DNA of 64,000 bases, taken from positions 1,488,001-1,552,000 of the forward strand of contig AP026162.1 of NCBI GenBank assembly GCA_030295235.1, given 5' to 3'. This DNA comes from Fistulifera solaris (Eukaryota). Shown in pieces: positions 24,345 to 36,633 of this stretch. The notes beneath the pieces are model-generated. The model worked only from the letters and a program-made list of their open reading frames with translations, made no database searches and was not told the origin of the DNA. The position numbers and the translations under genes were made by a program. Every line of letters starts with the position of its first letter. Position 1 is the first letter of the stretch.

Positions 24345-25719
24345 TTAAATTCTTCGCAAATCATCAAAAGAAATACCTCCGGGCTCGTTGAAGCTTGTAT
24401 TGCTGGACTGCGTTCGGTGAATAAGTGTATCAAAATCAATGTGCGGTTCGTAGTGATCTACCGCAACGGCGACACGATTCGTATCCTGAATATTCAGTTT
24501 GGGGGTGAACGAATGAATCTTGCTCATGACATCGTGAGTGGACATGTCTACCGTCATGACCGGAGCACCGTCGAGACCGGTAAGCATGTTGCTGACTTCT
24601 TTCGAGAGTTGATACTTTCCTCGACGACCGCACACAATGAGCGCCGCTTCAAACGGGTCACTCTCTTTTCCCAGACGGCGCTGAAATTCTCCGAGGAACC
24701 CGACGATAAGATCGTCTCGAGTAACGTGGCAAATGTACAAAGTCCGACTCGGTTTCTCATGCAAATTCTCAAGAAATCGGTTGAGATTGGTGGTAACAAG
24801 GTTGATATCAGCAGGACTATAATGCCAAAGTCGGTGCTTCTTGCCGCTAATCAATTGGGTTTTGAAAAGAGTCTCCAGGTCGGCCAGAGCGGGGCATCCC
24901 AAGAAAGGTCGATCGGGAATGCAGCCAATCAGCGGTACACCCCACGCATTCATCATGGCTTTCGCCATGTATTTCTTGGTCTGTTCTAACTTCTCCGGGA
25001 TGACTTTATTGATAATAACTCCCGCAATACGGACATTATAGTGCTGGCAAAGGATTCGATTCAGCTCAAGTTCATCAAAGGCACTCCCCAGTCCACCATT
25101 GGCCACTAACACCATATCAGCCCCAATGAGTGAAGCCACTTTGGCGTTATTGATTCCCACAATACTCCCAACCGCGCAGTGACCGGTCCCCTCACATAGG
25201 ACAACATCACTCGCCTTACTGACGTTCGTCATGGCTTTTTGAATATCATGAATTTGTGAAGCGAAGGAAATTTCGCCGTCCACGTACTTTTTGGTGTAAC
25301 CCGACGGAATGATGACGGGGCTCATGTCTTCGTAGTCAATGTGATTGAGATGAAAGTGTTCGCGTACCAAGCACACATCCTTGTCGACGCGAATCTCGGC
25401 ATTGCGATTGTCCGAGTGAACGGGGACGTGTTGCTGACCGACAGGTTTGATAAAGCCCACTTTATCGAAACGTTTTTGCAGTCCTGACATGATCGCTAAA
25501 CTCGTGGTCGTCTTTCCCACATGCTGTCGTGTCGCCGCCACAAAAATGGGGCGTTGCAGCTTTCCTCCTCCCACGCTTTTCCAAAAGCGAGAGCCGTCCG
25601 GAAACTTATTCCATACGGGGGGACTTTTTTTCCTTGAGGTTCGAGGAAGTCGGAGAATAGGCGCGGGCTCCGGACGTTTGTAGTGCCGAGCGGCTCAATG
25701 AGCCCTTTCCTTTCATCAT
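24345..25719 (-). CDS. BioD-like P-loop (AAA_26) plus DRTGG protein, i.e. the phosphotransacetylase N-terminal region without the catalytic domain; probable transit peptide; indel near 25620
   Basis: IFVAATRQHVGKTT, VGFIKPVGQ, VLCEGTGH, NNAKVASLIGADMVLVANGGLGSAFD, GVIINKV, TRDDLI. Start position approximate. Confidence 0.8.
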
Positions 25720-26124
25720 GATGGTCTTGTTGTTGGCGAGTAGTAAAGGCAAGGAACGCGGCGTTGACTTTCCAAAGTTCGTCGGCTTTGTGTCAACAAA
25801 AAGTTCCGACGAAGATCAGCCTTTTGGCATCGCATCGCGTTCCCTTTTGCAGACTGGGACGAAGGTGCGTCGTTGAGAACTCTGAAGTCTGAAGTAGTCT
25901 TGTGGCTCGTAACGGCATTAAACGCTTTATGTAAGTCGTTTTCGTCTGTCTGAGGTCGGTATGGGGAGAAGGTGAGAAGTGAGAAAAGGCTTGCGCGACG
26001 ACGACCATGATGACGACTCGAAAGTTGAGCGTGTTGCAGGGAAGTAATAACTAGCACTCGTTCTTACTTTTGAGCTAAGATTGATTATTGTCAGTACAGT
26101 GTGTTGGTGTTAAAAGGCAACATC

Positions 26125-26717
26125 ATGCTGCGAAATTCCTTGCTACGATCGGTTGCAATGAACCCTCACTGCCGATGGGCTCACACGGTGCGTGTGATTG
26201 CGATACAAGATATCCCTCACAAGGCTCAAGTGGGTCAGATGACTGCCGTAAAAGCTGGATATGCTCGTAACTTTTTGATTCCGGAGAAATATGCCGTCTA
26301 TGCGACACCGGATAATATGAAAAATACAACATTTCGGACGAACCCGAACAACAAAGAGCACAGAAAATCAATGATCCGGAGAAGCAAGCAGCAGAGATGT
26401 TGCAGTATTATTTACGCAACAAAGTTCTTAAAATCTGGCGGCAAGTGGATCCAGTCACCGAGTCGACAGCACCGGGTCTCGTGAATGCACGCAATGTCAA
26501 ATCGAAGTTATCCAAACAACTCAAAATTGATCTCGAGCCGCACGAGAAAATTCACCTAATGGCAATGTCGACTGCTGAACTACCACCGGATGAAGCTTTC
26601 GGCTCAGCGGAGGAAGACTGTAAGACCGAAATCCGGCAGTTGGGTTCCTATTGGGCGCGCATTACGCTGGCCGGAGGACATGCTGCGTACTTCCGAACAG
26701 TTGTATTGAAACGATAG
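26125..26717 (+). CDS. RPL9: Organellar (probably mitochondrial) ribosomal protein bL9; indel near 26322
   Basis: VRVIAIQDIPHKAQVGQMTAVKAGYARNFLIPEKYAVYAT; C-terminal EIRQLGSY; Arg-rich presequence. Confidence 0.85.
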
Positions 26718-26765
26718 GCCATAAACTAACATTAAATCGCAAAACATCGAAATTTAAATTGAAAA

Positions 26766-28901
26766 TTACAATGAGGACTCTGGAGCATAAACGTGCATGA
26801 CGCGGTCTTCGCCGACGAACTCGATTAGCTCGTCATATGATTTCTCAAACTTACAGACCAATTCATCGTCACTGTGTCTTCCATCCATTAAAGTCGCCAC
26901 TTGCTGCTTCAATTTCCAATCTTCATCCTGCAATGAATCTGTTTTCATCGAAGGCCGATATGAGAGGTCGCGTGTCGGTGAGGTTGGGATAGTTGCACCG
27001 TGTAGTAAGCTCCTGCCGAAACTCTCGTTGACATCGTGCGTTCCGCCGTCCACCAGAATAGGATAGTCATGCACTCTGTACAAAAGTCCATGAACAACAC
27101 CAAAAGAAACAAACCGACGGTGATCGATAAGATGAAAGATCTTTTTCCAGTTGACAACACCCGTTGGCATTCCGGGTGGTAAGTTCCCTGCTACTAGGGA
27201 GGCCAACAGGTCCCCCAGATCGCACCCCCTGTGACAAGCAGCGTAGAGTTCTGCAATGGCACCTTTCACTTCATGATGCTCTAGTCGACGTTGACTGGAC
27301 ATCGAGTACCCCTGTTCGCTGTACGAGCCCTGGGATACGGAACTGTTGATACGAAAATTCCCGCTGTGCGCAAAGAAACTTCGAGCGTTTGCAGCTTCGT
27401 TTCGTGCCATGGGCGTGTCGAGAGAACGGCTAACACTAATAGGTGAACCGCTTATCGGGCTGTTCTCGCTCTGAGGCGGCGGGGGAGGGCGTCGAATGAT
27501 AAAGTCCACTGCGTTCTGTAAAAGCTTGTTTTCGTGACCCAGCAGCAACGAGCCGGCCTTTTCAGTTGACTCATAGCGATTTGAATAAAAGAACATGTCG
27601 ATGAGGGCAATCACTCTATGGTGAAGTAAAACTCTAAGACAAGCCTGAACCATTTCCATGTCTACTTCAGCTTTCTGTGAAATTTGGCGGGCGCATGTTA
27701 CTCCGTCAATATGCATTGACACCCAATTTATAGAAAGATCCCATTCGTACTATCAAACAGTAGAAGTGTGAGAAAACTCGTAGGTCATTTACATCCAATG
27801 AAGATCACTTACATTTTGAAGTTGCCAGTCTCTTCTCAAAAAGATGGGTACTGCATGATCAGGGACGGGTCGAGGTGGACGCCTTGGTGGATGAAATAGT
27901 TTCAGATTCAGCAAATTTGCCGAGTTGACGTATAAATTGCACTCCCATGTTTGTGAGTTAAGTGAAATGAGAGTCCACTCTAGTAGACCTTGCAAAACCG
28001 AATGATTCTCTTTCACGGCTGACAAAAATTGCGATTCTACCTCCATGTCGCGAATGGTATCTGCCAGCTTACAAAGAACCGGCTTGAAAGGGCGGGGATC
28101 CTCCGTCCGACGGAGAACAAATCCGACGCAAAAAGAATGTGAATTGCGTTCATACCGCTGGTTCGCGATAATGGTCGGCCGCGTGAGTATGTGAATACTG
28201 TGGGTAGAAAGATTGACGATTTTCCCGGTTAATTCACTTCCTGTGATCACGTATTCACTGCAGGATTCAAAAATGGAGGAATTCCCTTCTCGGGTGGCAA
28301 ATGGTTCAAAGGCGTCTTCCTCGCGTGTCAGGGAGGCCAGAGAATGAAAGAAGTCGCTCGAATAGGAGTTCCCTGATTCCATGCGTCGATGAGGTGTATT
28401 GCTGGCAGTAGTAGCTGGTAACACCGTCGATAAGGCTAAATTCGATGATGGGGTGAGCGATGGCGGCGCTTTTTGAAACCGTTCAAAAAAGTCTTCCAAT
28501 ATCTCATGCACAGTTTCCACAGGAAGTTGAATGTCGCGACTCATAAAGTTGCGAGGCGCCTGGTACGATACTTTTGGGCCAACTTTAATATCGAACTCGG
28601 CGTAAAAACAACAAAAGAGTGGACATCGTGAAGGATGCTTCGGAGTTGGAACAGTTCTCTTTTGCAAATGAGGGAAATGGTTCTCTGGAACAGGTAAGGT
28701 TCTAGTAGTTTCTGTCGAGTCATTCTTCGTCGAGGGCCGTTTTGTGAACGGCGTTGCAACCTTTCTCCCTCCCTGCCGAGGTGTCGAAGCTTCGGATCGA
28801 ATACTCAAGAGCGAAGGGCTCGCCGCATCCTTTGTTTTTGGCTCTGCTTCTTGACTACTGTCCGGTGAGCATGACAAAGGTGTTGTTGTATCCTCGTTCA
28901 T
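26766..28901 (-). CDS. NPRL2: Nitrogen permease regulator 2-like (GATOR1 subunit); intron 27750-27812
   Basis: FYAEFDIKVGPKVSYQAP, YERNSHSFCVGFV, MEVESQFLS, LNLKLF, WDLSINWVSMHIDG, IDMFFYSNRY, IDHRRFVSFGVVHGLLYRVHDYP, MDGRHSDDEL. Confidence 0.92.
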
Positions 28902-29049
28902 TGTTGCGGGTTGTTATGAATCGTAATGATCTTCAGATCCGCATAGCAGCAAACTTCCACATTTTTTAGGCAATGCGTGCTCGTGTGTCGTTTTCACTTG
29001 CACAGAAAATGTGGTATTGTTGCCAGAAATTCTTGTAGAGTGGTGTCTT

Positions 29050-30010
29050 CGCGTCCCCAGAAAATCTGGGATATGCCATTTTCATACCGCCAGAAAATCT
29101 GTGTGATCACTGTCTTTTCACGTTTCCACTTGGTCCAGACAATCTGCACCAGTTGTATTTTTTAAAACTTTAACAGAAAATCTGGGGTGTTGTCTTTAAA
29201 CGTGGTCCAGAAAATCTGGACCAGTTGTATTATCACGTTCCCAGGAAATCTGGGGGTGATTTTTACACGTTGTCCAGAAAATCTGGACCAGTTGTATTAT
29301 TTTTAAAACGTTAAAAGGAAATCTGGTGAGTGGTGCTTACACGTGGTCCAGAAAATCTGGACCAGGTGTATTTTCACGTTCACGTTCCCAGGAAATCTGG
29401 ATGAGTGGTGTTTACACGTGGCCCAGAAAATCTGGACCAGTTGTATTTTATTAAAAAAACTTTAATTAACAGGAAAATCTGGGAGTTTGGTGTTTACACG
29501 TGGTCCAGAAAATCTGGACCGGTTGTATTTTCACGTTCACGTTCCCAGGAAATCTGGGTGAGTGGTCTTTACACGTGGTCCAGAAAATCTGGACCAGTTG
29601 TATTATCACGTTCCCAGGAAATCTGGGGGTGATTTTTACACGTGGTCCAGAAAATCTGGACCAGTTGTATTTTCATGTTTCGCGTTCCCAGGAAATCTGG
29701 GGGGATGTCGATTACACGTGGTCCAGAGAATCTGGACCAGTTGTATTTTCACGTTTCCAGAAAATCAGGGTGAGACCCCAGTTGTATTTCACGTTCACGT
29801 TTCCAGAAAATCAGGGTGAGTGGTCTTTAGACGTGGTCCAGAAAATCTGGACCAGTTGACCAGTTGTATTTCACGTTCACGTTCCCAGGAAATCTGGGGG
29901 AGTGGTGTTGACACGTGGTCCAGAAAATCTGGACCAGTTGTATTATTTAAAACGTTAACAGGAAATCTGGGAGTTTGGTGTTTACACGTGGTCCCGAAAA
30001 TCTGGGTTGC
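29050..30010. repeat. Minisatellite array of ~12 palindromic ACACGTGGTCCAGAAAATCTGGACCAGTTGTATT units, period mostly ~65-85 bp
   Basis: Core at ~29131, 29202, 29268, 29342, 29417, 29499, 29574, 29641, 29717, 29833, 29914 and 29987. Spacers contain a related CCAGGAAATCTGG. Confidence 0.97.
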
Positions 30011-30264
30011 GAGGTGTGTGTGTCAGACTGGCTCCAACGGGCGATGCCAAACCAGAGATATCAACCCTGACACGGGACGTCTGCAATCTGACAACATAGA
30101 TCCATCTAGTCTCTTTACTACTAAATTGATTATACTACATTACTACGGAATCCGAACGCCCATCTCCCAGCAGAAAGCAGATTCTCAACCCAGTAGAAGC
30201 GTTGTGTAAACGGCGGAAATTAAAGCAGAACACCACATTTGCCACGTGTGATGGTGGTGGCGAG

Positions 30265-30578
30265 TAGACATGTGACTTTTCAAAATTTTCGTGAAAGTCA
30301 AGTGAAAGTAAAGTCACTGGCCTTCAAGTGAAGTTTGCAGTTTAAAGTGTACTAAGCGGTAATGATTGACTATAGTGTTTTGTGTACAAAAGAGTGTCGC
30401 ACAGAGCTTGTGAAAGTTAGCCCTTTCCCTCTCATCCCTAATCTACGCAGTCCTACGTACATTTACGTAGGTTTGGTACTTCAAGTGAACTCACCGAAGT
30501 CTCAAGTAAAGTGAAAGTAAAGTAAACTTCAGGTGCTCAAGTGAAGTTGCAAGTTACAGTGAAAAAGCCACATGTCTA
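30265..30578. mobile_element. Non-autonomous hAT-type element (MITE), 314 bp
   Basis: Left TIR TAGACATGTGACTTTT, right TIR AAAAGCCACATGTCTA (15/16 match); identical 8-bp flanks GTGGCGAG at 30257-30264 and 30579-30586; internal AAGTGAA(A)GT repeats. Confidence 0.9.
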
Positions 30579-30881
30579 GTGGCGAGGTGTAAAAAGCCGA
30601 CTCACTTTTTTCAGTCCCGGTGATTGTCGCCCAAAGTGCCTCCGAGCTGCTCCAAGTGAAAATTCCACATTCCCCTCGGCAACTTTCCCGCCACAATGGC
30701 AGAGTGAGTATAGCGGAATGTGCCCCAATCTTTCACCGTTCATTACAGTTTACAGTACGGTACCGGGCACGGCTCTCATCTCTTTCGCAAAATGTTTACC
30801 CGCACCTCGAAATTTGTTTTGCACCTTTCATCAGCAATCATTCTGTCGATCATCATATGCTAAACAAAGACTGAGAATACT

Positions 30882-33800
30882 ATGGCAGAGCTTGATGTCG
30901 AACGTTTTTTTAAGCGACTTGGGAAGTTACATTCTAATTTCTTGAAAAATAAGTGAGTACGGTGCTTGCTTGCATTCGTCGCATTGCTGGTGAATCACCG
31001 TGTCTTATTTACTGCTGGATATCATTGCTTACGTGTTTATCATCCTCTTGTTTAGCTCAACGGTATGGAATGGCGCCGATTGTCTATTACTTCATCGTGG
31101 TCCCCTGAATGATGACGATCCCTATCAGAAGTCGGGTCTCTTGCATCAATGGCTGTTTGGATACGAACTACCCGATACGATCATTTTGCTGCGCAAAGAT
31201 GGGAACATGTGGGTTTTGGCGACAAAGAAGAAGTGCGATTTTCTCAAGCCGGCTGCCGATGCAGTCCCCCAAAAGTCACCCATTCGTAGTATTACCTTTC
31301 TGCTCCGTAGCAAGGACGACGCCAACGCGAAAAACTACGACATTCTCTGGAAAGAGCTTTCTGACGCACGCATCAATGGAGACAAACGTAAAATTGGTGC
31401 ATTCGTGAAAGAAAGAGAAGGGAATATAGAAGGCGGGGGTCTTCTCGGACCGTGGGAGAAGAAACTTTCCGAGATGATCGAATCGGACCCCAGTGATCTT
31501 GTTGATATCAGCGCCGGGGTTGCCTACAGTATGATTGTCAAAGATCCGGATGAGCTAGACTTGATGAAGAAAGCTAGTGTTTTAGCCAATAAGGTGATGA
31601 AGCATGGCTATGTGAAAAGGATGGAAGAAATCATCGACCGTGAAGAGACCATCACGCACGAGACTCTCGCTTCGTATGTCGAGGAAATCATCGAAGATCC
31701 TTCAAAAATTTCGCTGAAAGTTTCAAAAGACGATTTTCAGTCTTGTTATTACCCTATTGTGCAGTCGGGTGGTGCTTATGATATCCGAGTGTCTGCTCAA
31801 TCGACCAGTGCCAATCTCTCACCAGATGTCATTATGGTTTCGCTCGGGGCCCGCTTCTGCAACTATTGCAGCAACATTTCGCGCACCTTTTTGGTAGACG
31901 CACCCAAGAAGGTTTCGGACACTTACAAAATTCTTTTGGAAATGCAAGATGCGTGTCTAGCTGCCATGACACCAGGAAATCCTCTTAAAGCAGTCTACAA
32001 GGCAGCGGTCCGATATCTTCAGGAGCACGGCCACGAACATCTTGTAGAGCGCCTACCGAAGAACCTCGGTTTTGCATCAGGCTTGGATTTTCGCGAAAGT
32101 AGCATGTTGTTGACGCCGAAGAATACAGCCGTTTTCAAACAGGGAATGGTGTTTTGCTTGGCAGTTGGGTTTCAGGACTTGGAGCTATCTGAGGCCGACC
32201 GTTCGGCGGTCAATGACAAGAGCCCGGTACGTGTTCTCAGTTGAAACATGTACTTCCACTTCGACGTGCTAACATTTATTTTCTGCAATATCCTTAGATC
32301 AAGAAACTGTCTAGCTTTGCGCTTCTTGTATCAGACATGGTAGCCATCACTGCCGATACTCCTGATGTCATGACAAAGATGGGGAAGGATCTCACAGATG
32401 TGTCCTATAATATTAACGAGGAAGGGGAAGGTAGCGAAGACGACGACGAAGATGATGATGAGGACGAAAGCGTCGAAGCTCCTGATGCCCCCGAAGGCGA
32501 CGAGAAGTATGCACGAAGCCTTGCTAATCAGAGAGGGGGCGTTCGTCAATCATCCCGACTTGCCAAGGACGCGGCTGCCATGCAAGATGCACAAGAAGGT
32601 GTTGCTGAACGAGAAAGACGCCAAATCAAACTCATGGAACGACGCAACGAAGAGAGGCTTAGAGAGCTTGCCAGGGCTAATCGCAAGAAAGGAGATGAAG
32701 ACAGTAAAGATCAAGCCGAGGAACTTGAAGCCTACAAGCGGACTCGAGATTACCCGGATAACATCCTGCCGAATCAAGTAAAAGTGGACATGGCGAATCA
32801 GTGCGTCTTTCTACCAATCTATGGGAATCCTATACCCTTTCATATCAGTACAATTAAGAATGTTGTCATGCCGGAGGGTGATAGCGCAACGTTGCTGCGC
32901 ATTAACTTTTACACAGCTGGTATGGCAGTCGGCAAAGACGCCCCTGCAAATATGGTGAAGCTTGTGCAGAAGTATGCACCGTATGCTTCCTTTATTCGCG
33001 AACTGACGTTTCGAAGCTTGGATGGACACAACCTGACTCAGGTGAGTAACTTACTCATTTTTCTTTGCTCTGTGATCAACGCTTGCTTATCTTATTTGTC
33101 ACTGCTTTCTTAGGCTTTTCGTCAGATTTCGGAACTTCGGAAGAGAGTTCGGACTAAGGAACTGCAGCAACAAGAGGAAGCGGATCTGGTTGAACAGGAG
33201 AAGCTTGTTCGAACAAAGAACGAGCGTGTACCCCGTCTTGCTGATGTTACGATGCGCCCAGTCTTCGCTGGTCGCAAGACTCAAGGAAACCTAGAAGCTC
33301 ACAGTAACGGTATGCGCTTCATCTCCACCCGACAGGAAATTGTTGATGTGATGTACAGCAATATCAAGTACGCCATTTATCAGCCCTGCGAGAACGAGAT
33401 CATGGTTCTAATTCATTTCCATTTAAAGAATCCAATTATGATCGGCAAGAAAAAACATAACGATGTGCAATTTTACACTGAAATCGTCGATTCCAGCCAA
33501 GCAGTCGATAACAGTAGAAGAAGTATGTACGATCCAGACGAAATGGACGACGAACAACGTGAACGGCAGATGCGAAAGAAGCTCAATCAAGCCTTTAAGG
33601 ACTTTTTGTAAGAAGGTGGATGCAGTTGCAAAAAAGAACGGTTACGAGCTCGAATTTGATATTCCCTATCGTGATCTTGGTTTCACCGGCAACCCGCACA
33701 AGGAGATGGTTACTATTATGCCTACATTGAACTGCCTTGTGAACTTGACAGAAACGCCTTTCTTCGTCGTCGATTTAGTGGATGTCGATCATGTCCATTT

Positions 33801-34371
33801 TGAACGTGTCACCTACATGAGTAAAGCATTTGATATGGTCTTGGTGAATAAAGACTTTAACAAAGAGCCATGGCGAGTCGATATGATCCCCAATGGGGAT
33901 AAAGACTCTATCCAAGATTGGTTGACCGACATGGAAATCACATACACTGAGGGGCCTATGAATTTGAACTGGAAACAGATCATCGCTACAGTGCGCGCTG
34001 ATGATAGATTCTACATGAACACGGAGGAAGATTCGGTCACTGAGAAGGAAGCAGGATGGGAATTTTTGCGCATGTTTGGGCGAGACGATGACGATGAAGG
34101 CGATGAAGAAGACGATGACTCTGCCTTCAGCCAAGAACAAGAGGAAGATGCCGAAGAAGAAGAGTCGGAGGAAGAAGACTTTGACTCTGATGTGGACGAT
34201 GAAGACGAGGACGACTTCGATGGCGATGAAGATCTAGAAGAGGAAGGATTAGACTGGGATGAGATGGAAGAGAAAGCTGCAGAAGAAGATCGACAAAAGC
34301 GCCGTTTGGGCGACGTAGACCCTGACGAAGGTCGCAAGTCCAGTAACAAGAAGCCGCGGAACGGGGGGTAG
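30882..34371 (+). CDS. SPT16: FACT complex subunit SPT16; introns 30953-31055, 32227-32297, 33042-33113; indel near 33605
   Basis: WLFGYELPDT, CYYPIVQSGG.YD, YCSNISRT, PFHISTIKN, LEAHSNGMRF, QPCENE, EFDIPYRDLGFTG, VHFERV, EGPMNLNWK, acidic tail. Confidence 0.97.
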
Positions 34372-34689
34372 ACGTCGCTAGACTCATATTAATAACACTT
34401 ATGTATGATGTTCTATTGCCTCTGTAGGAAGTATACTAGTGGAACGGATTAAAAGTAGTGCGCCTGGGTGTCTGTACTTGATGAAGAAAGAACAAGTGTT
34501 TCCGTGTTTGCAAGTGCACTAACTAGTAGTCTGTTAATTGGGCTGCTTTTATATCAAACCGCACAAAAAGTGTGGGTACGGATCCGTATCGTTTTATATA
34601 AAAAAAATTTACAATGTGATTTTATAAAGATGAGGCGCGCCAGCTAGATGTAGAACAGCTGCCCTTGAAGTGTACAAGTAATTTGCAAA

Positions 34690-35457
34690 CTAATCATCGT
34701 CGTCGAGCATGATCATCAATCCCATCGCTTCTGCCTCGGCAAACTTGCGATTTACGATGTCTTCTACTGTCCATGTCTCTCCCATAACTACCTCTTCGTC
34801 GCTCGATCCGTCGGCCCCAGGTCCATCGTTCGCATTTGTTCGTATCTCCTGGCCAGGACTTGCTAGATTCTTTGCCCTTTCTCCATCCCTTACATATTTC
34901 CTAATGACTAGCAGCAGAGCTTCTCCAATATTTTGAAATCTTTTCGGTCCCATGCCATATACATTCATCATTTCTGATCGGTTTTTCGGCATTTTGATAG
35001 TCAGATCGTCCAATGTAGTGTTATGGAAGACGCAATATACACGATCGGAGTATCCCAGTCGCTGTGCATATAGTAGGCGAACTTTTCTTAACATCTCTCT
35101 GAGCTTTGCCCTCTCGCGCAAGATCTTTTCCTTCTCTCGAGCTTCCTTGTTATGGTGCTCTAGCTCATCTTCAGCTGTCCTGCCTCCAGGCAATGAAAGT
35201 GTATCTTTGTCAGGAAAGCACTCATCATGATAATACTGCAGGTAGTGATTAAATGGCGGTCTGTCAAAGATAGCCCGTTTTCCCACACGCTTCATCCCTC
35301 TGTAAATCTTTTGTTTGCATTTGCGGCATGTGGCACCATTGGTCGGAGAATACTCGAGCGCGTCGAAGTCGACGTTCCTTGGCGTTCTTGGTGAAGCCCG
35401 ATAATAGGGCGATGCTGTTTCCCAGCTTGAGAAAAATTCTGTTGGTATTCTGGGCAT
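34690..35457 (-). CDS. Small protein with a PARP-type zinc finger and an HRDC domain
   Basis: LEYSPTNGATCRKCKQKI...RVG...YYHDECF (zf-PARP); LREMLRKVRLLYAQRLG...YCVFHNTTLDDL...MP.NRSEMMNVYGMGPKRFQNIG (HRDC). Confidence 0.8.
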   Translation of the reverse strand: MPRIPTEFFSSWETASPYYRASPRTPRNVDFDALEYSPTNGATCRKCKQKIYRGMKRVGKRAIFDRPPFNHYLQYYHDECFPDKDTLSLPGGRTAEDELEHHNKEAREKEKILRERAKLREMLRKVRLLYAQRLGYSDRVYCVFHNTTLDDLTIKMPKNRSEMMNVYGMGPKRFQNIGEALLLVIRKYVRDGERAKNLASPGQEIRTNANDGPGADGSSDEEVVMGETWTVEDIVNRKFAEAEAMGLMIMLDDDD

Positions 35458-36633
35458 GTCAGTTGCTTTTAATGAAAACAATTATCATGGTGTAATCGTA
35501 TCGATGCAAATATTACTAGACAACGTTGCCTCGTTCTTTGAAGCCTTTTTGCGAAGCGAATAACTTTCCCTTGCGAACTGAAAGAACCGACGATTATGGC
35601 TAAAACTACACTTCGCTCGATAGTAAGAAATTTGAAAATTTGAATTTGAACGAAAAGTCCTCGCCCAATCGAGAACAGCGAGCAGCAGCGATGGGCGTTA
35701 ACACCGATGAAACCAAACCATTTATGGAATGTTTAATACTACCTGAAGCATAGGAAAGGTCAGTAACGAAAAATGGATGAATGAATGTGTGCTGAACTAA
35801 TGGTCTGGCGAAGTGTATATTTACCAGGAATGTGTTGCACGTCGTTTTTCTGGTGCGTTTGGTCGCCAATAGTAATTCTTAGTGGACTAGAGAGCTGCTT
35901 TACTTTGCCGGTGTCTACAAGCTGGTTGAGTCTTCCGATCTGGTCTCACATTTCAATTTGCATGGCACGCTTACAATACGTGTTTACAACAGTCGATTGA
36001 AAATGAAACTTCGTCTGTAGTCAATACTGCTATGGACCCTGATCGATAGCAACTCCATGGAGAAACAAACGAACTACTCCGTATCTCGAATACAGCTGAG
36101 TGAGGCTGCTTGAGCTGACGCTAGTGTTTGTTTCGTATGTCTCTCATTCAATCAAGAACTGCGATTGACTGATTTTGACGATCCGGCTTTCTGGGATTCC
36201 GTACAAAAAGATGAAATGAATAATCTAATAGATCGGGGCGATAGAAAAATCATTACAAGCCGCTATGAGCCTTGCAAACTAAATCAGAGAAAGCTTTCAG
36301 CATGACGAATCAGCACGCTAAAAATCGAGCTACCAGTCAAAAGGAGAGGGTGCGTTGCCGCGCTGGTCGCCCCTTTTCGTTGACGAATGGATCCGAACTA
36401 CTAACACTTGGACAGCGACGACAAGACTGCAAAGCATATAAACTAGTTTTGTTGCGGAATTAAAGATATATTTCGACTTTTTGGAAGAAAATGGTTTTTA
36501 TATATCTGTTACTTGAGCTTTGTGTTATGTACGAATTCATTTGAGGATTTTACAGAGCGTCTGTTTCAACTATTTTACGCATTCATGAGTAATGTGCTCA
36601 CACTCGGTCGTAATGGAGGTCGCAATCAGATGT

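Noticed and set aside
29050..30010. CRISPR array
   Set aside because: Spacers are homologous to one another rather than unique, there are no cas genes, and the context is eukaryotic with introns.
29405..30209. Repetitive ORFs within the minisatellite (and 16484-16849 in the other repeat)
   Set aside because: Variable unit lengths shift the frame and all frames give similar repeats, so they are not credible proteins.
34011..34349. Ser-rich antisense ORF and similar shadow ORFs (e.g. 17963-18541, 24417-24989, 39993-40520)
   Set aside because: These are reverse-strand by-products of real coding sequence, with no independent motifs.
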